Shown piece by piece: positions 14,876 through 27,436 of a stretch of 64,000 nt of DNA; position 1 is the first letter of the stretch, and every line of letters starts with the position of its first letter. The DNA is taken from assembly GCA_964016885.1 (NCBI GenBank), contig OZ024740.1, positions 115,258,001 through 115,322,000 of the forward strand, written 5' to 3'. The stretch is from Eledone cirrhosa (taxonomy: Eukaryota). The notes beneath the pieces are model-generated. The model was not told where the DNA came from and searched no databases. It saw only the letters and a list, made by a program, of their open reading frames with translations. Position numbers and translations under genes: made by a program.

Positions 14876-17800
14876 CTACAGGATGGTATACAGAGAAGGC
14901 CCATTTACACGAGCCATTCTCGCCACTATCACCCACCTTTCATAAAACTGCCTGTGGCCAAGCACCTCTCTCTCCATTCTTATCCTTCTTCCGAAGTGAT
15001 ATCGGAAGAAGTAGACCAGACTATGGCCAGAGAGGAAGTTGCCTGACCTCAGACCTTTCAATCGTGTCCACCAAACAACCTCTTTCAACATGGCTATTAC
15101 GCACAGAAAAACCGCCTTTGCTTCCTTTGTGAAGAGGGGAGGCGGTTTGATTGTCATCACGGACTCGGCGGTCAATTTAATCGGCGCCACCCGCGACAGC
15201 AGTTGTTCGGCGTAGCCCCACAGATCAGCCACGCCCGGACATTGCACCAATGCGTGCGCCACGGTTTCTTCGTGACGCACGCATCTAGGGCAAATCTTTT
15301 TTGAGGGATCCCTGCCCGGGCGCCCGTGTCTGTAGAGCCTCTCTCGAACGGGTAGAGCCCCTCGGTAGCACTGCCAGGCCAGTGACTTCTGGAAGTTGTC
15401 CATTGGTCCTGGGCCGAAAGTCCTACCGAACAGGCTGGCCAGTTCGTCTTCTTCCATGTCCAGCGACTCTCCAAGGGTGTCATCGCCCCTGCTAGCCACC
15501 AGCCCTCTATAGAATGATGAGGTGGATTCTCCACCGATGGCCCGGCCCGCTTGCCAGAGAGCCCTGAGCGCCTGAGCACACTCAGTGTGCCAGTCTCCCA
15601 GTTTTCCGGATCTTTGCTTGACCCAGGACTGTAGCTCGGTGAGTGAGACGAGTCTCGGAAAGGCTCGTTTCACGAACGGAGCCCACACCGGTTGACCAGT
15701 GAGGAATACCTGTAGGTGCCGTAGCCTTAATGCGTGCCTACGCATCATCAACCACGGCATCCCCAGCCCTCCTTTCGAAGGTTGTTGGCAGCAGATGGAT
15801 CTTCTCACCATAGGAGGACGCTTCTTCCAAAGAAATTGGAAGAGCATGCGTTCCATGGTGGTGAGTGTTTCCTTAGGGCAAGGCACGACAGTCAGGCGGT
15901 AGTAAGTGACGGACGCTATGTAAATGTTCGCCACCTCCGCCCGGCCTTTTAGGGACAGCTTACACTTGGCCCATTTCTGGGTTAGTGCAAACACCTTGTT
16001 CGTAACCTCGTTCCAGTTCTTTTCCACCTGGAGGTCCGGTCCAAACCAGACCCCAAGCAACTTTACCGGGCCCTCCGTCCAGTGTCCGACGACACCGTCA
16101 GGAGGCATCGGTTTGCCTCTCCACGTTCCGAGTTGCAGCCCGATGGATTTTTCCCGGTTCAGTTTCGCTCCTGACAACCTTTCGTACTCCTCCAGTAAGG
16201 TACCGATCGCCTCGATCTCCGAGTCGGTTGATACCATTACTGTTACGTCATCGGCGTAGGCCGACACCGCTTTGCTCAATCCTGGTTCCAGGGGGATACC
16301 CTGCAACAACTCCAACTTCCTCAGTAAAGGCTCGAGAGTCAATACGTACAGAAGGGAGGAGAGAGGGCACCCCTGTCGAATGGATCGTGTGATTTCGAAC
16401 GGCTTCGAAAGGTAGCCGTTCACCTTGATCCTAGAACAGATGTGGTTGCTATGTAGGGCAGTGATCCAGCCTCTGAAAACAGGACCGAACCCAGCCGCCG
16501 CTAGCACCGCATCCAGGTAACCATGGTCGACCCTATCGAAGGCCTTAGACTGATCCAAGTTGATCAGGGCCCCACCGAAGCCGGGTTTGTTGCCAACCCT
16601 CTCTATGATGTATCGCATGAGGTGGAGGTTATCGTGAATGGACCTGGATGGGATAGCACATGTCTGCGCATCTCCCACCAGGCCACCTACGACAAGCGCC
16701 AACCTCTTTGCTAACACCTTGGCCAAAATCTTTAACTCTGTGTTTAGCAGGGTTATGGGCCGAAAATTATTTATACTATCCCCCTTGTTCTCGTCCTTCC
16801 TCACCAGCGTGACTACGCCCTTGGCTACAGAACAAGGAATTCTCCCGTTCTGCTGCCAATTGCAGTAGACCGCTTCGAGGAGTTCGGAGAAGAAGACCGG
16901 CATTGCTAAATAAAGTTCGTAAGGTATACCATCGAGACCTGGAGATTTGCGTCTGCTGCATTGGCTCAGCGCATCTCCGATCTCATCAGCCGAGATTGGT
17001 CCCTCGCAGGACTCTGCCTCTTCGTTCGAGAGACGCGGCAGGCCGTCGAGGTATGGACCGAAATCCACGCCCCGGCCCGGACCCTCGCCTCCCCCGAACA
17101 ATCGGGCAAAGTGCTTTTGAAAGGCCTCGCACATCTGCTTAGGCTCCCGGATCACTCGTCCATCTTCGTCTTGCAACGACCGGATGGTGGATCGATTTCC
17201 ACTCTTAGCTTCTGTCACGCGGGCCCATCCAATGGCTTTGGCCCCCTCATTACCTAGAGCACGTATTTTACTTCGAATGACGCAGCCTTCGTGCTTTGCA
17301 TCGAAAAACTGGTTCAAGGCCGTCCTCGATGCCAGCACTCTGGCCACATCTTCGCTCTTGATTGCCTCTTCTAATTTACCTGTTAATTCTTTCTCGTTTC
17401 TATTCCTATCGGCAGCTAACATCTTGCTATAACTTATTGATTCTGTTCTAATCTCTCTTTTGAGAGATGCCCACCATCGGTTGTTGACGATTGCACCCGT
17501 CAACCTCTCCTTAACTAATCTGCTAATCCGGTTTCTGTAAGTCTCTTTTGCCGGTAAAGACAAATTAAGTTTCCAGTAACCGGGACCCTGCCTATGTGTT
17601 TTCTCGAGATTGACCACGCAGGTCACTAATTTGTGATCCGTGTAGCCAACCGTGCGCATTTCTGGACAGCTTAATTTGTCCCTATCCTTACTTCTAACTA
17701 AGAATCTATCTAAGTACGATCTAGATTGACCACTGTGGTTTCTCCAAGTCCAGGTAGGCACAGTTGGAAAATCTAGTCGATATCTATCGACCAAGTTAAA

Positions 17801-18313
17801 ACGGTCGAGTAACCCCTTGAGGCTGTTACACCCCCCTCTATTAGGACATGCTCCTGCATAGTCCCAACGTGCATCCAGGATGTCATTCCAATCCCCCGCT
17901 AGAAGCAGGGAACGCGACGTTCCCAGAAAAGTCTCCAAACGCTGGAAGAAGTCGGGCCGTTCAGCTCCGAAAGGGGAGTAGACGGCGACCAGTCTCAAGG
18001 CCGCACTTTCACTACTGCCAACGTCTAGCACCAACAAACGACCCTCCGGGTCCGAGTGCACAACCTGTACGGCAAGACCCAGGTGTTTTTGCAGCAGTAC
18101 GACAACCCCACCCCCACCTCCAGGTTGACAGAGAGATGCATGCACCTCAAAGTCATCGAAGGTGGGGGCCAGCTGCCGCACGACGCTGATTCGAGTCTCA
18201 CAGATAACCATTACATTTATACTACATGACCTGAGGTCATTTAGAAGCTTTGCTTGCTTCCAAGTTGAGCCCAGGCCACGTGCATTCAAACATCCTACTC
18301 TTAACACATCCAT
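14876..18313 (-). CDS. LINE ORF2: APE endonuclease, reverse transcriptase, C-terminal CCHC (1145 aa)
   Basis: LNARGL, ICET, GDWN, SYLDRF, TDH (APE); KSPGLDG, FRPITLLN, KAFDRV, RQGCPLS, YADD (RT); CPRC-x8-H-x4-C. Confidence 0.95.
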   Translation of the reverse strand: MDVLRVGCLNARGLGSTWKQAKLLNDLRSCSINVMVICETRISVVRQLAPTFDDFEVHASLCQPGGGGGVVVLLQKHLGLAVQVVHSDPEGRLLVLDVGSSESAALRLVAVYSPFGAERPDFFQRLETFLGTSRSLLLAGDWNDILDARWDYAGACPNRGGCNSLKGLLDRFNLVDRYRLDFPTVPTWTWRNHSGQSRSYLDRFLVRSKDRDKLSCPEMRTVGYTDHKLVTCVVNLEKTHRQGPGYWKLNLSLPAKETYRNRISRLVKERLTGAIVNNRWWASLKREIRTESISYSKMLAADRNRNEKELTGKLEEAIKSEDVARVLASRTALNQFFDAKHEGCVIRSKIRALGNEGAKAIGWARVTEAKSGNRSTIRSLQDEDGRVIREPKQMCEAFQKHFARLFGGGEGPGRGVDFGPYLDGLPRLSNEEAESCEGPISADEIGDALSQCSRRKSPGLDGIPYELYLAMPVFFSELLEAVYCNWQQNGRIPCSVAKGVVTLVRKDENKGDSINNFRPITLLNTELKILAKVLAKRLALVVGGLVGDAQTCAIPSRSIHDNLHLMRYIIERVGNKPGFGGALINLDQSKAFDRVDHGYLDAVLAAAGFGPVFRGWITALHSNHICSRIKVNGYLSKPFEITRSIRQGCPLSSLLYVLTLEPLLRKLELLQGIPLEPGLSKAVSAYADDVTVMVSTDSEIEAIGTLLEEYERLSGAKLNREKSIGLQLGTWRGKPMPPDGVVGHWTEGPVKLLGVWFGPDLQVEKNWNEVTNKVFALTQKWAKCKLSLKGRAEVANIYIASVTYYRLTVVPCPKETLTTMERMLFQFLWKKRPPMVRRSICCQQPSKGGLGMPWLMMRRHALRLRHLQVFLTGQPVWAPFVKRAFPRLVSLTELQSWVKQRSGKLGDWHTECAQALRALWQAGRAIGGESTSSFYRGLVASRGDDTLGESLDMEEDELASLFGRTFGPGPMDNFQKSLAWQCYRGALPVRERLYRHGRPGRDPSKKICPRCVRHEETVAHALVQCPGVADLWGYAEQLLSRVAPIKLTAESVMTIKPPPLFTKEAKAVFLCVIAMLKEVVWWTRLKGLRSGNFLSGHSLVYFFRYHFGRRIRMEREVLGHRQFYERWVIVARMARVNGPSLYTIL

Positions 18314-18346
18314 GTGGGCGGCAGAGCCAAAGGAGAGTGTAGAGAC

Positions 18347-20249
18347 CTACCTTTCCGCTTCCCGGGGTTCGGGTTGCACGACTTCCATGGGGTCGGGGGT
18401 GTTGGGTGAAGAGGTGTCTTGTGGTGGTGTGGGGTCGTCAGTGTGTGGTGGGGTTGGGGTGTTTCGAGTTGTGTTGGGGAGGGGAATGGGAGGGGGAAAG
18501 CTTTTTAGTAGGACGCGGTTTATGGGTTTGACAGAGGGTGGTCCTACGTCCTCCTTAAAATCCTTTTTTAGTTTTTGGTAGAGGTTCATTGGGATTTTTA
18601 TTAGTTTTAAATGTGGGTGGTTTTCTGACGAAACAAAGTTTACACCTTCGGTTTGTACCGAAGGATTATTGTATATGAGTTCATTTAATTTATTGTTGTT
18701 TCTGTTGATGTAAGTATAGTGTAATGTCTTTTTTTCGGATGGTGTGAGTGTTTCGAAGAGGGGAGGGGCAGGTTTGGTTTTGTTTGTTGCTGGAGGGGTG
18801 TTTTCTGTTTTGTTGGATTGTGTTGCGATTTGGGTGGGGGTTGTTTGTCCTTGTGTGTTTTGCACATGTTTTCTTTTTTTCCTTTTAATCTGTCTGAAGG
18901 ACTCCGTTTCTTCCTCCGAATTCGTTGGGTTATCTTCAGTGTTGGAGGGAAGAGGTATGTTTGCTGGTAATGTTTCCGTGTTGGTTTTCTTTGTGGGGGA
19001 GATGGATGTCACTATGTTAGACTGTGTTGTGTGTTGTGTCTGCGGTGGTTGTGTTGTTTTATTGAGTGAGAGGTTGGGTGGGCCTGTATTTTGTTTTGGG
19101 GTAATGTGTTGTGACTGTTTGTGTTGTGGTGGTGTTGTGGTTTTACTGAGGGACGGGTTGGGTGGGACTGAGTTTTGTTGTTTGTTTATCTGTTGTGGTG
19201 GTGGTGGTGGAGCTGGTGTTGGTAGCAGGGTTTTCTTTTTGTTGAGTTGGGGACAAGCTGCCTTCAGGTGCCCTCTGCCTGCACAGATATGGCAGGACGG
19301 CCTTCTCCCCTCCACGCTAATGTTTATATACCCGTGGTCCTCTAATAGGATTCTGTCGGGTATTTGGGCGATGCGTTCAGGCTTCATTTGTACTACCAGC
19401 TCTATACCTGTTCCACTGAACGCATTGCCTGTGGTTTTCCCAATGGAAATCACGTTGTCATTCACTGGATCGATGAAGCCAGCTATGAGCCAGCAGTAGT
19501 CCACATCTGGCATCATTGCATCCAGCCATATGCGTTGAGTTCTTTTCCCCATATAAGATGGATAAAAGGTGAAATTTTTCGAACGAATCGGTGACAAAGC
19601 ACATTTTTTTGCCGCCGATTCGTTCTTCGTGATAATTGCTAGGCTTCCATACAGTCTGTCTTTTCTTATGAAAGTTGTTTCATTCAGTACTTCTGTGAGT
19701 ACTGTTTTGATATCTGCTTGAGAAGGCTGTTCAGGTTTTTTTGTACTGTTGTTGATGGTCCGAAACTTGACCGTTCGGCTTTCAATGTCTTTCGTGAATT
19801 CTTGAGGCATTTTTTACCGATAAAATACCATTCTCACCTTCACTTATGTATTGTTTGGCGTCCGTGATCCTTCGTACCACATCTGAAATGTTTTCCGCTA
19901 TATAAGTCAAAGATTTCTTTGTTTTCTGTGCAAATGAAATCTTGTCGTCTGCTTTGTTTTCTGATATGGTGTTATTTTCAACTGTTATTTTTTTGTTTGT
20001 TGTGTCTTTGTTTGTGTTATTAGTATTGTCATGCAATTTTTCAAATTTTTTTTTTTCGTTGTTGGAATCCAAGTCCAGATTTATGTTTTCGTCATTTAAT
20101 TTTTTCTCCGCAGATTCGTCCGTTTTTATTTTAATTTTTCCTTCCTTCTCTATGACGTTAGTTGGGAAGGAAATGAGGACTAAAGCGTGCGAGCTTACAA
20201 CTCTTACCGCTGTCCCCCCACCACTATTTTCGTTCGCTGCGTTTAACAT
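18347..20249 (-). CDS. LINE ORF1 (gag-like), split by one frameshift near 19810
   Basis: CHICAGRGHLKAAC knuckle and P/T/Q-rich tail; ORFs 19782-20249 and 18347-19810 align with contiguous sequence in copy B (GENG...KP.QPSQ). Confidence 0.8.
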
Positions 20250-20483
20250 TTCTGTTAGACGATTGAAATTTTTTACACAAAATTTTTTAAAACAGGTTTT
20301 TCACCTCTAGGAGGGGTAAAGATGAGCTGACCCACCGCCTGACAGTTCAGACGGAGGGTCAAGCTACACAATTGTATCAAAATTAAGTTTGAACTCACAA
20401 AATTTCCTCAATAAATTTGAACAAAACTTCTGTGCGAAGTGAATGACATCCACACTGTAGAACAGACGACAGCTAGATTTGAC

Positions 20484-20566
<83 letters not shown>
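20484..20566. repeat. (GATA)n spacer between the two LINEs
   Basis: Direct reading. Confidence 0.95.
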
Positions 20567-20567
<1 letters not shown>

Positions 20568-20798
20568 ATTTCTATTTATTTGCCACGACGGCACAAAAGA
20601 AGGGGACATTTACACAGTGGGGGAGTTTACATGAATCGAGTAAAGAAAAAAGGAATAACAATAATAATATAACAATAAAAAGTCCTCAAAAGGGAGGGGG
20701 CGTGTTGGGGATTGCACATACCCCCGAAAAGTGTGCAACTCTTTTCGCGGGGGAAGCCCAGAGAGGAGGCGCTCCCCCTTTCCTCTTCACTTCTTCAC

Positions 20799-23700
20799 CT
20801 ACAGAACAATGTAGAGAGAAGGCCCATTTACACGGGCCATTCTCGCTTCTTTCACCCACCTTTCATAAAACTGTCTGGGACCAAGCACTTCTCTCTCCAT
20901 CCTGATTCTTCTTCCGAAGTGGTATCGGAAGAAGTAAACCAGGTGATGGCCGGAGAGAAAGTCACCCGACCTCAGACCTTTCAGGCGCGTCCACCACACA
21001 ACCTCTTTCATCATGGCTATTACGCACAGAAAGACCGCCTCTGCTTCATTTCTGAAGGGAGGAGGCGGCTTGATGTTCACCACAGACTCGGCGGTTAATC
21101 GAATCGGCGCCACACGCGACAGCAGTCGTTCGACGTAGCCCCACAGATCGGCAACGCCCGGGCAGTGTACCAGTGCATGCGCAACGGTTTCCTCGTCGCG
21201 CACGCATCTGGGACAGATCTTTTTCGCGGGATCCCTGCCCGGGCGCCCGTGTCTGTAGAGCTTTTCTCGAACGGGCAGAGCCCCCCGGTAACACTGCCAG
21301 GCTAGGGACCTCTGGAAGTTGTCCATGGGTCCCGGGCCGAAAGTTCTACCGAACAGGCTGGCCAGTTCGTCCTCCTCCATGCCTAGCGACTCTCCAAGGG
21401 TGTCGTCGCCCCTGCTAGCCACCAACCCTCTATAGAATGTCGAGGTGGATTCTCCACTGACAGTCGGGTCCGCTTGCCAGATAGCCGTGAGCGCCTGGGC
21501 ACACTCAGTGTGCCAGTTGCCCAGTTTTCTCGGTCTTTGCTTCACCCAGGATTGCAGTTCGGTGAGCGAGACGAGCTGTGGGAAGGCTCGCCTCACAAAC
21601 GGGGCCCACACCGGCTGACCGTTGAGGAATACCTGTAGATGCCGTAGCCTCAATGCGTGCCTACGCATCAACAGCCACGGCATACCCAGCCCTCCTTTCG
21701 AAGGGTGCTGGCAGCAGATGGATCTCCTCACCATGGGAGGCCGCTTCTTCCAGAGGAACTGGAAGAGCATGCGTTCCATGATGGTGAGCTTTTCCTTGGG
21801 GCAAGGCACGACGGTCAGGCGGTAGTAGAGGACGGACGCTATGTAAGCGTTCGTCACCTCCGCCCGACCTTTCAGTGATAGTTTGCACTTGGCCCACTTC
21901 TGGGTCAGCGCAAACACCCTGCTCGTCACCTCGCCCCAATTCTTCTCCACCTGGAGGTTCGGTCCGAACCAGACCCCGAGCAGCTTCACCGGGCCCTCCG
22001 TCCACCGCCCGACGACACCGTCTAACGGCATCGGTTTGCCCCTCCACGTTCCGAGTTGCAAACCGACTGACTTGTCCTGGTTCAGCTTAGCCCCCGTCAG
22101 CCTTTCGTATTCCTCCAGTAGGATGACGATCGCCCCGATTTCCGAGGCGTCCGCCACCATTACTGTTACGTCGTCGGCATAGGCCGAGACCGCTTTGTGC
22201 AATCCCGGTTCCAGGGGTATGCCCCGCAGCAACTCCAACTTCCGCAGCAGTGGCTCGAGAGTCAATACGTACAGAAGGGAGGAGAGGGGGCACCCCTGTC
22301 TGATGGATCGGGTGATTTGAAACGGCTCCGAGAGGTAGCCGTTTACTTTAATCCTAGAGTAGATGTTGCCACTGTGCATGGCAGAAATCCAGCCCCTGAA
22401 AACGGGTCCGAAGCCCGCCGCCGCTAGCACCGCATCCAGGTAACCATGGTCGACCCTATCGAACGCCTTAGATTGATCCAAGTTGATCAGGGCCCCACCA
22501 AAGCCGGGTTCGTAGCCAACCCTCTCTATGATGTATCGCATGAGGTGGAGGTTGTCGTGAATGGACCTGGACGGGATAGCGCATGTCTGCGCGTCTCCCA
22601 CCAAACCACCCACCACAAGCGCCAACCTCTTCGCCAACACCTTGGCCAAAATCTGTAACTCTGCATTCAGCAGAGTTATGGGCCTAAAGTTACTTAAGTC
22701 GTCCCCCTTGCTCTCGTCCTTCCTCACTAGCGTGACCACGCCCTTGGTCACAGAACAGGGAATTCTCCCGTTCTGTTGCCAGTTGCAATAGACAGCCTCG
22801 AGGAGTTCGGAGAACAAGACCGGCATAGCTAAATAAAGTTCGTATGGTAGACCATCGAGACCCGGAGATTTGCGTCTGCTGCATTGGCTGAGCGCTTCCC
22901 CGATTTCAGTGGCTGTGATTGGCCTTTCGCAGCACTCCGCTTCGCCGCTCGAAAGACGCGGTAGACCGTCGAGGTATGGACCGAAGTCCACATCCCCGTC
23001 CGGCCCCCCGCCACCTCCGAACAGTCGAGCAAAGTGCCTTTGAAAGGTCTCGCACATTCGCTCAGGTTCAAGGATCACCCGTCCATCCTGGTCTCGCAAA
23101 GACCGAATGGTGGATTTAATCCCACTCTTGGCTTCTGTCACGCGGGCCCAGCTAACAGCTTTGGTGCCCTCGTTTCCTAAAGCACGTATTTTACTTCGGA
23201 CAACGCAGCCTTCGTGCTTCGCGTCAAAGAACTGGCTCAATGCCGTTCTCGTCGCTAACACTCTGGCTACGTCTCCGCTCCTAATCGCCTCTTCTAGTTT
23301 ATCTGTTAACTCCCTTTCCCTCCTATTTCTATTCGCCGCTAGTTCCTTACTGTAACCTATCGAACTTACTCTAATCTCTCTCTTTAGAGATATCCACCAC
23401 CTACTGTTGACGATCGCTCCCGTCAACCGCATCTTAACTAAGCTACTAATCCGGTTTCTGTAATCTTTCTTTGTCGGTAAGGACAAGTTCATCTTCCAGT
23501 AACCGGGACCCTGTCTATGCGTTCTATCAAGGTTGACCACGCAGGTCACTAATTTGTGATCTGAATAGCCAACCATGATCAGTTCTGGACAACTAAATAC
23601 GTCCCTATCCTTACTCCTAACCAAAAACCTATCTAGGTACGATCTAGATTGTCCACTGCGGTTTGCCCAGGTCCAGGTTGGCGCAGTTGGACAATCTAGT

Positions 23701-24231
23701 CGAAATCTATCGACCAGGTCGAATCGATCGAGTAACCCCTTGAGGCTGCTACACCCCCCTCTATCGGGACATGCCCCTGCATAGTCCCAACGCGCATCTA
23801 GGATTCCATTCCAGTCCCCCACTAAAAGCAGGGAACGCGACGTTCCTAGAAAAGTCTCCAGACGTTGGAAGAAGTCGGCTCTTTCCGCCCCGAAGGGAGC
23901 ATAAAGACCGACCAGTCTGAAAGCCCCGCCTTCACCGCCTCCGACGTCCAGCACCAGTAATCGACCCCCCGGGTCCGAGTGAACAATCTGTACGTCGAGA
24001 GTCAGACGTTTATCCAGCAGTACGGCAACTCCCCCCCCCCCCGCCTCCGGGTTGACAGAGAGATGCGTGCATCTCAAAGTCATCGAAGGCGGGCGCCAGC
24101 TGTCTCACGCTGCTGATCCGACTCTCGCAAACAACCATCACATCTATACTTTGTGACCTGAGGTCACTTAGAAGCTTTGCTTGCTTCCAAGCAGAGCCCA
24201 GGCCACGCGCGTTCAAACAGCCAACTCTCAA
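20799..24231 (-). pseudogene. LINE ORF2 (APE-RT-CCHC) with a frameshift near the C-run at 24031-24042
   Basis: ORFs 24010-24231 and 20799-24083 together align end to end with copy A ORF2; YADD intact. Confidence 0.88.
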
Positions 24232-24236
24232 TTGAT

Positions 24237-26059
24237 CTATTTTGGTGTTGAAAGTGAAGAAAGAAAAGCACTTACCTCTCCGGGTTGCGTAATTTCCATG
24301 GCATCAGGTGTGTTGGGTGGAGGGATGTTTTGTGGTGGTGTGGGGGTACACGTGTGTGGTGGGGTTGGGGTATTTGGAGTTGTGTCAGGGAGAGGGGCGG
24401 TTATGGGGAAATCTTTCAAGAGGACGCGATTCAACGGTTTTAAACAGGGGGGGCTCACGTCCCGTCTAAATTGTTCTTTTAAGGAACGATAAAGGTCCAG
24501 AGGGACCTTTATCATTTTTAAATGGGTGAAGTTCTCTGTTGAGATAAAGTTTGGCCCTTCGGTCTGCACCATAGGGTTATTGTTTATTAATTTAACCAGT
24601 TTTTTGTTTTCTTTATTTATATATGTGTATTGCAACGTCTTTTTTTGTGATGCTGTCAATGTTTCGGAGAGGGGAGGCGCAGATTTATTTTTGTTTGTTG
24701 AGGGTGGGGTGTTTTTGATTGGAGTTGGTGTTTGTGTGTGGGTTATTTGTGGTGTGCTGGGTGTGTGTTTTCTTTTTTTTCTTTTAACTTGTCTGAAGGC
24801 TTCTCCTCCTTCTTCTTCAGAAGTTGGGGGAAACTCTTCAGCGCTAGGTGGGAGGGACGTGTTGTGTGGTTGTTTTTTTTTTGCGGGAGGGGTAGATTTG
24901 TTACTGTTTTTTTTTTTATTTGTTTGGAATGGGTTTTGTGGTGGTGGTGGTAATGTTTGTGTCGTGCTTGTGGTTGGTGATGGTGGTGGTGATGTTTGTG
25001 TTGTGGTTGGTGGTGGTGATTTTTGTGTCGTGCTTGTGTTTGGTGCTGGTGGTGGTGATGTTTGTGTTGTGTTTGTGGTTGGTGGTGTCTGTATTTTGTT
25101 TGCTGTGTGTGGTATTAGTGTATTTTTGGAGGTGGGTGGTGTTGGTGTACTGTTTGTGGTGGGTGTGGGCAATAGTCCTTTTTGGGGGGATACGTTTCGG
25201 GCAGTTAGCCTTAACGTGTCCCCTTTCCATGCATAAATAGCATGCTGGTCTTCTCCCCTCTACAATTATGTCTATTGGGGTAAGGTCATCCAGCCAGATG
25301 CGATCCGGGATTTGTGCTATTCTTTCGGGCCTCATTTGGACTAGTATGTCGAGGCCCATTCCCAGGAACGCATCTCCAGTTGCCTTCCCCATTGACAGCA
25401 TTGTGTCTTCGCCCATATCAATGAAGCCAGCAATAGCCCACCAGAAGTCCATTGTGGGCAGCATTGTTTTTACTTTTACTCTCTGTGTTCTTCTACCCAT
25501 GTAGGAGGGATAGAAGCTATATGTTGTCGACGAGGGAAAGCTTCTCCGCCGTTTCTTTGTCTCTTGTTAGGACCGAAATGCTGCCATAGAGTCGGTCCTT
25601 TCGTATGAAGAGAATATTCTTCATATAGTCTTTTAGGACTAACTCTATTTCCATTTGGCTGGGCTGTGCTGGCTTTCTTGTCTGGTTTAGTATAGTTCTG
25701 TAGAGAACTGTGTTTTCTGCTCTGGCTTTCTTGAATTCTGGGGGGGAGTTAATGGAAAACATTCCGTTCTCCCCCAAAACAATGTGTTTCTTTGCTTCGG
25801 CCAGTTTTTCTCTGGCGGCAGTTAGGTCAATTGGTGTGTATGTAATGGATTGTTTTGTTTTCTGGGCGAAAGTTGCCCTGTCGTTATTTGTATTATTTTC
25901 TGTTTGTTTGTTTTCTGTTTGCTCATTTTCCTTAACATTTGTATTTTCATTTTGTTTGTTTGTTTCAATGTCTAATTTTGTTGTAATTATTTTTTTTTCT
26001 TCAGACTTGGGGGGCGTGGCAGAGCTAATGGCAGACATGTCTGCCATCTTTTCCGCCAT
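24237..26059 (-). pseudogene. LINE ORF1 in three pieces
   Basis: FIRKDRLYGS, EGRRPACYLCMERGHVKANC and FRQVKRKKRKH match copy A; breaks near 25515 and 25175. Confidence 0.8.
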
Positions 26060-27112
26060 GCTGCCAAGAAAGAAATTTTTTCGGCAAAAATAGATATTTA
26101 TTTTACCCCCTAAAAAGGGGGTAAATGCAAAAATGTTTCCCTAAATAACAGGGGTTAGTGTTCCAAATGTGTTGCACTAAAAAATTTATCCGGTACTTAC
26201 AATAGTAAGGGTAAATCCCGATGGAATAGCGGAGCCGATGCGAAGCGTGTCTTACTCTATCAAGATAGATAGATAGATAGATAGACAGATATCCTTCTTT
26301 ATAGATAAATTTCTTTAGATAGATAGATACATACATACATATATGCATACATACATACATACATACATACATACATACATACATACATACATACATACAT
26401 ACATCTATATATATGCGTGTGTGTTTGTTTGTGTGTTACGGGTTCAATCGGGGGTAACCACAGTGCGTAAGGTACTCAGTACATAGTGTGTGTGTGTATG
26501 TGTATGATTGAGTGAGTATGTGGGGGTGGGGGCTGGGGGTGAGTGAGTGTCTGTGTGTGCGTGTCTGCGAGGTGGAGTTGCAGTTCCAGCACGTCTCCTC
26601 TGCAACCATCCGGGGTAATGTCTTCTCCATCCTGTCGGCCGGGACCAAGGGACAGAAGACATACTAGAGAACATAATTTCTACTAAATAGATTAGTTCGT
26701 GCTGTATGTTTCAATGTTTATATTGACACTAATTCCAACTTCTACATCTTGCAAATCTATCTTGAACAAATATTATTCAACAAATTAGAAGAACCAGAAT
26801 TTCAACGTTTTTCTTCGGTGTAATTTGAACGATTAATATTCTCCAAGTTTAGTCTCACTGTTTTACTTCTATTTATCTATCACCATCCATGTTAAATAAT
26901 CTAATAATATAGACTTAACAATAACTGATCAGCGAAAAATCTTGTAACACTCTATAAAGTTATGAATTCATTAACTTTAGATACCAAAATGCTTATCAAT
27001 GTATCTCAGTCTATGCGAGTGTGAAAAGATGTTTATTTATTTATTCATGTCACTACAATTACTTGTAACTGTGTATATACAAATGCTATCATACACAGTT
27101 ATGTGTGTTTCA

Positions 27113-27187
<75 letters not shown>

Positions 27188-27297
27188 AAAAAGTATGACA
27201 TCGACGGCAGACCTCAAGCCGTTTCGACGGCTATTTCTAAGTATTGAGTACTCTGGTGTGTTATGGTCCATCTGGTTCCTTACCACAATTCCTTCGT

Positions 27298-27332
<35 letters not shown>

Positions 27333-27378
27333 GAAATGACAGGAGGCTGGACTTGTGTAAATCCTTGAAAGGTTTATT

Positions 27379-27436
27379 ATACTATGATCATTTCAATGAC
27401 CGGGTTCCGTATGAATCCGGTGATATCATCAGGTAT
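27379..27436 (-). ncRNA. Type I HHR with palindromic stem III
   Basis: Minus strand reads ATAC-CTGATGA-[..ACCGG..CCGGT..]-GAAA-TGATCA-TA-GTAT; lies in a ~430-bp island between (TA)n tracts. Confidence 0.7.

Larger units (their letters stand above)
14661..20483 (-). mobile_element. Tx1/L1-group LINE, copy A, apparently full length
   Basis: ORF1 with CCHC knuckle plus uninterrupted APE-RT ORF2; AATAAA at the 3' end; (GATA)n on both sides. Confidence 0.92.
20567..26262 (-). mobile_element. Tx1/L1-group LINE, copy B (related subfamily)
   Basis: Same architecture as copy A; (GATA)n on both sides. Confidence 0.92.

Noticed and set aside
15172-26093. Short antisense and alternate-frame ORFs, including the G/V/C-rich ORFs 18744-19499 and 24526-25236
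   Set aside because: Shadows of LINE ORF1/ORF2 composition; no independent support.
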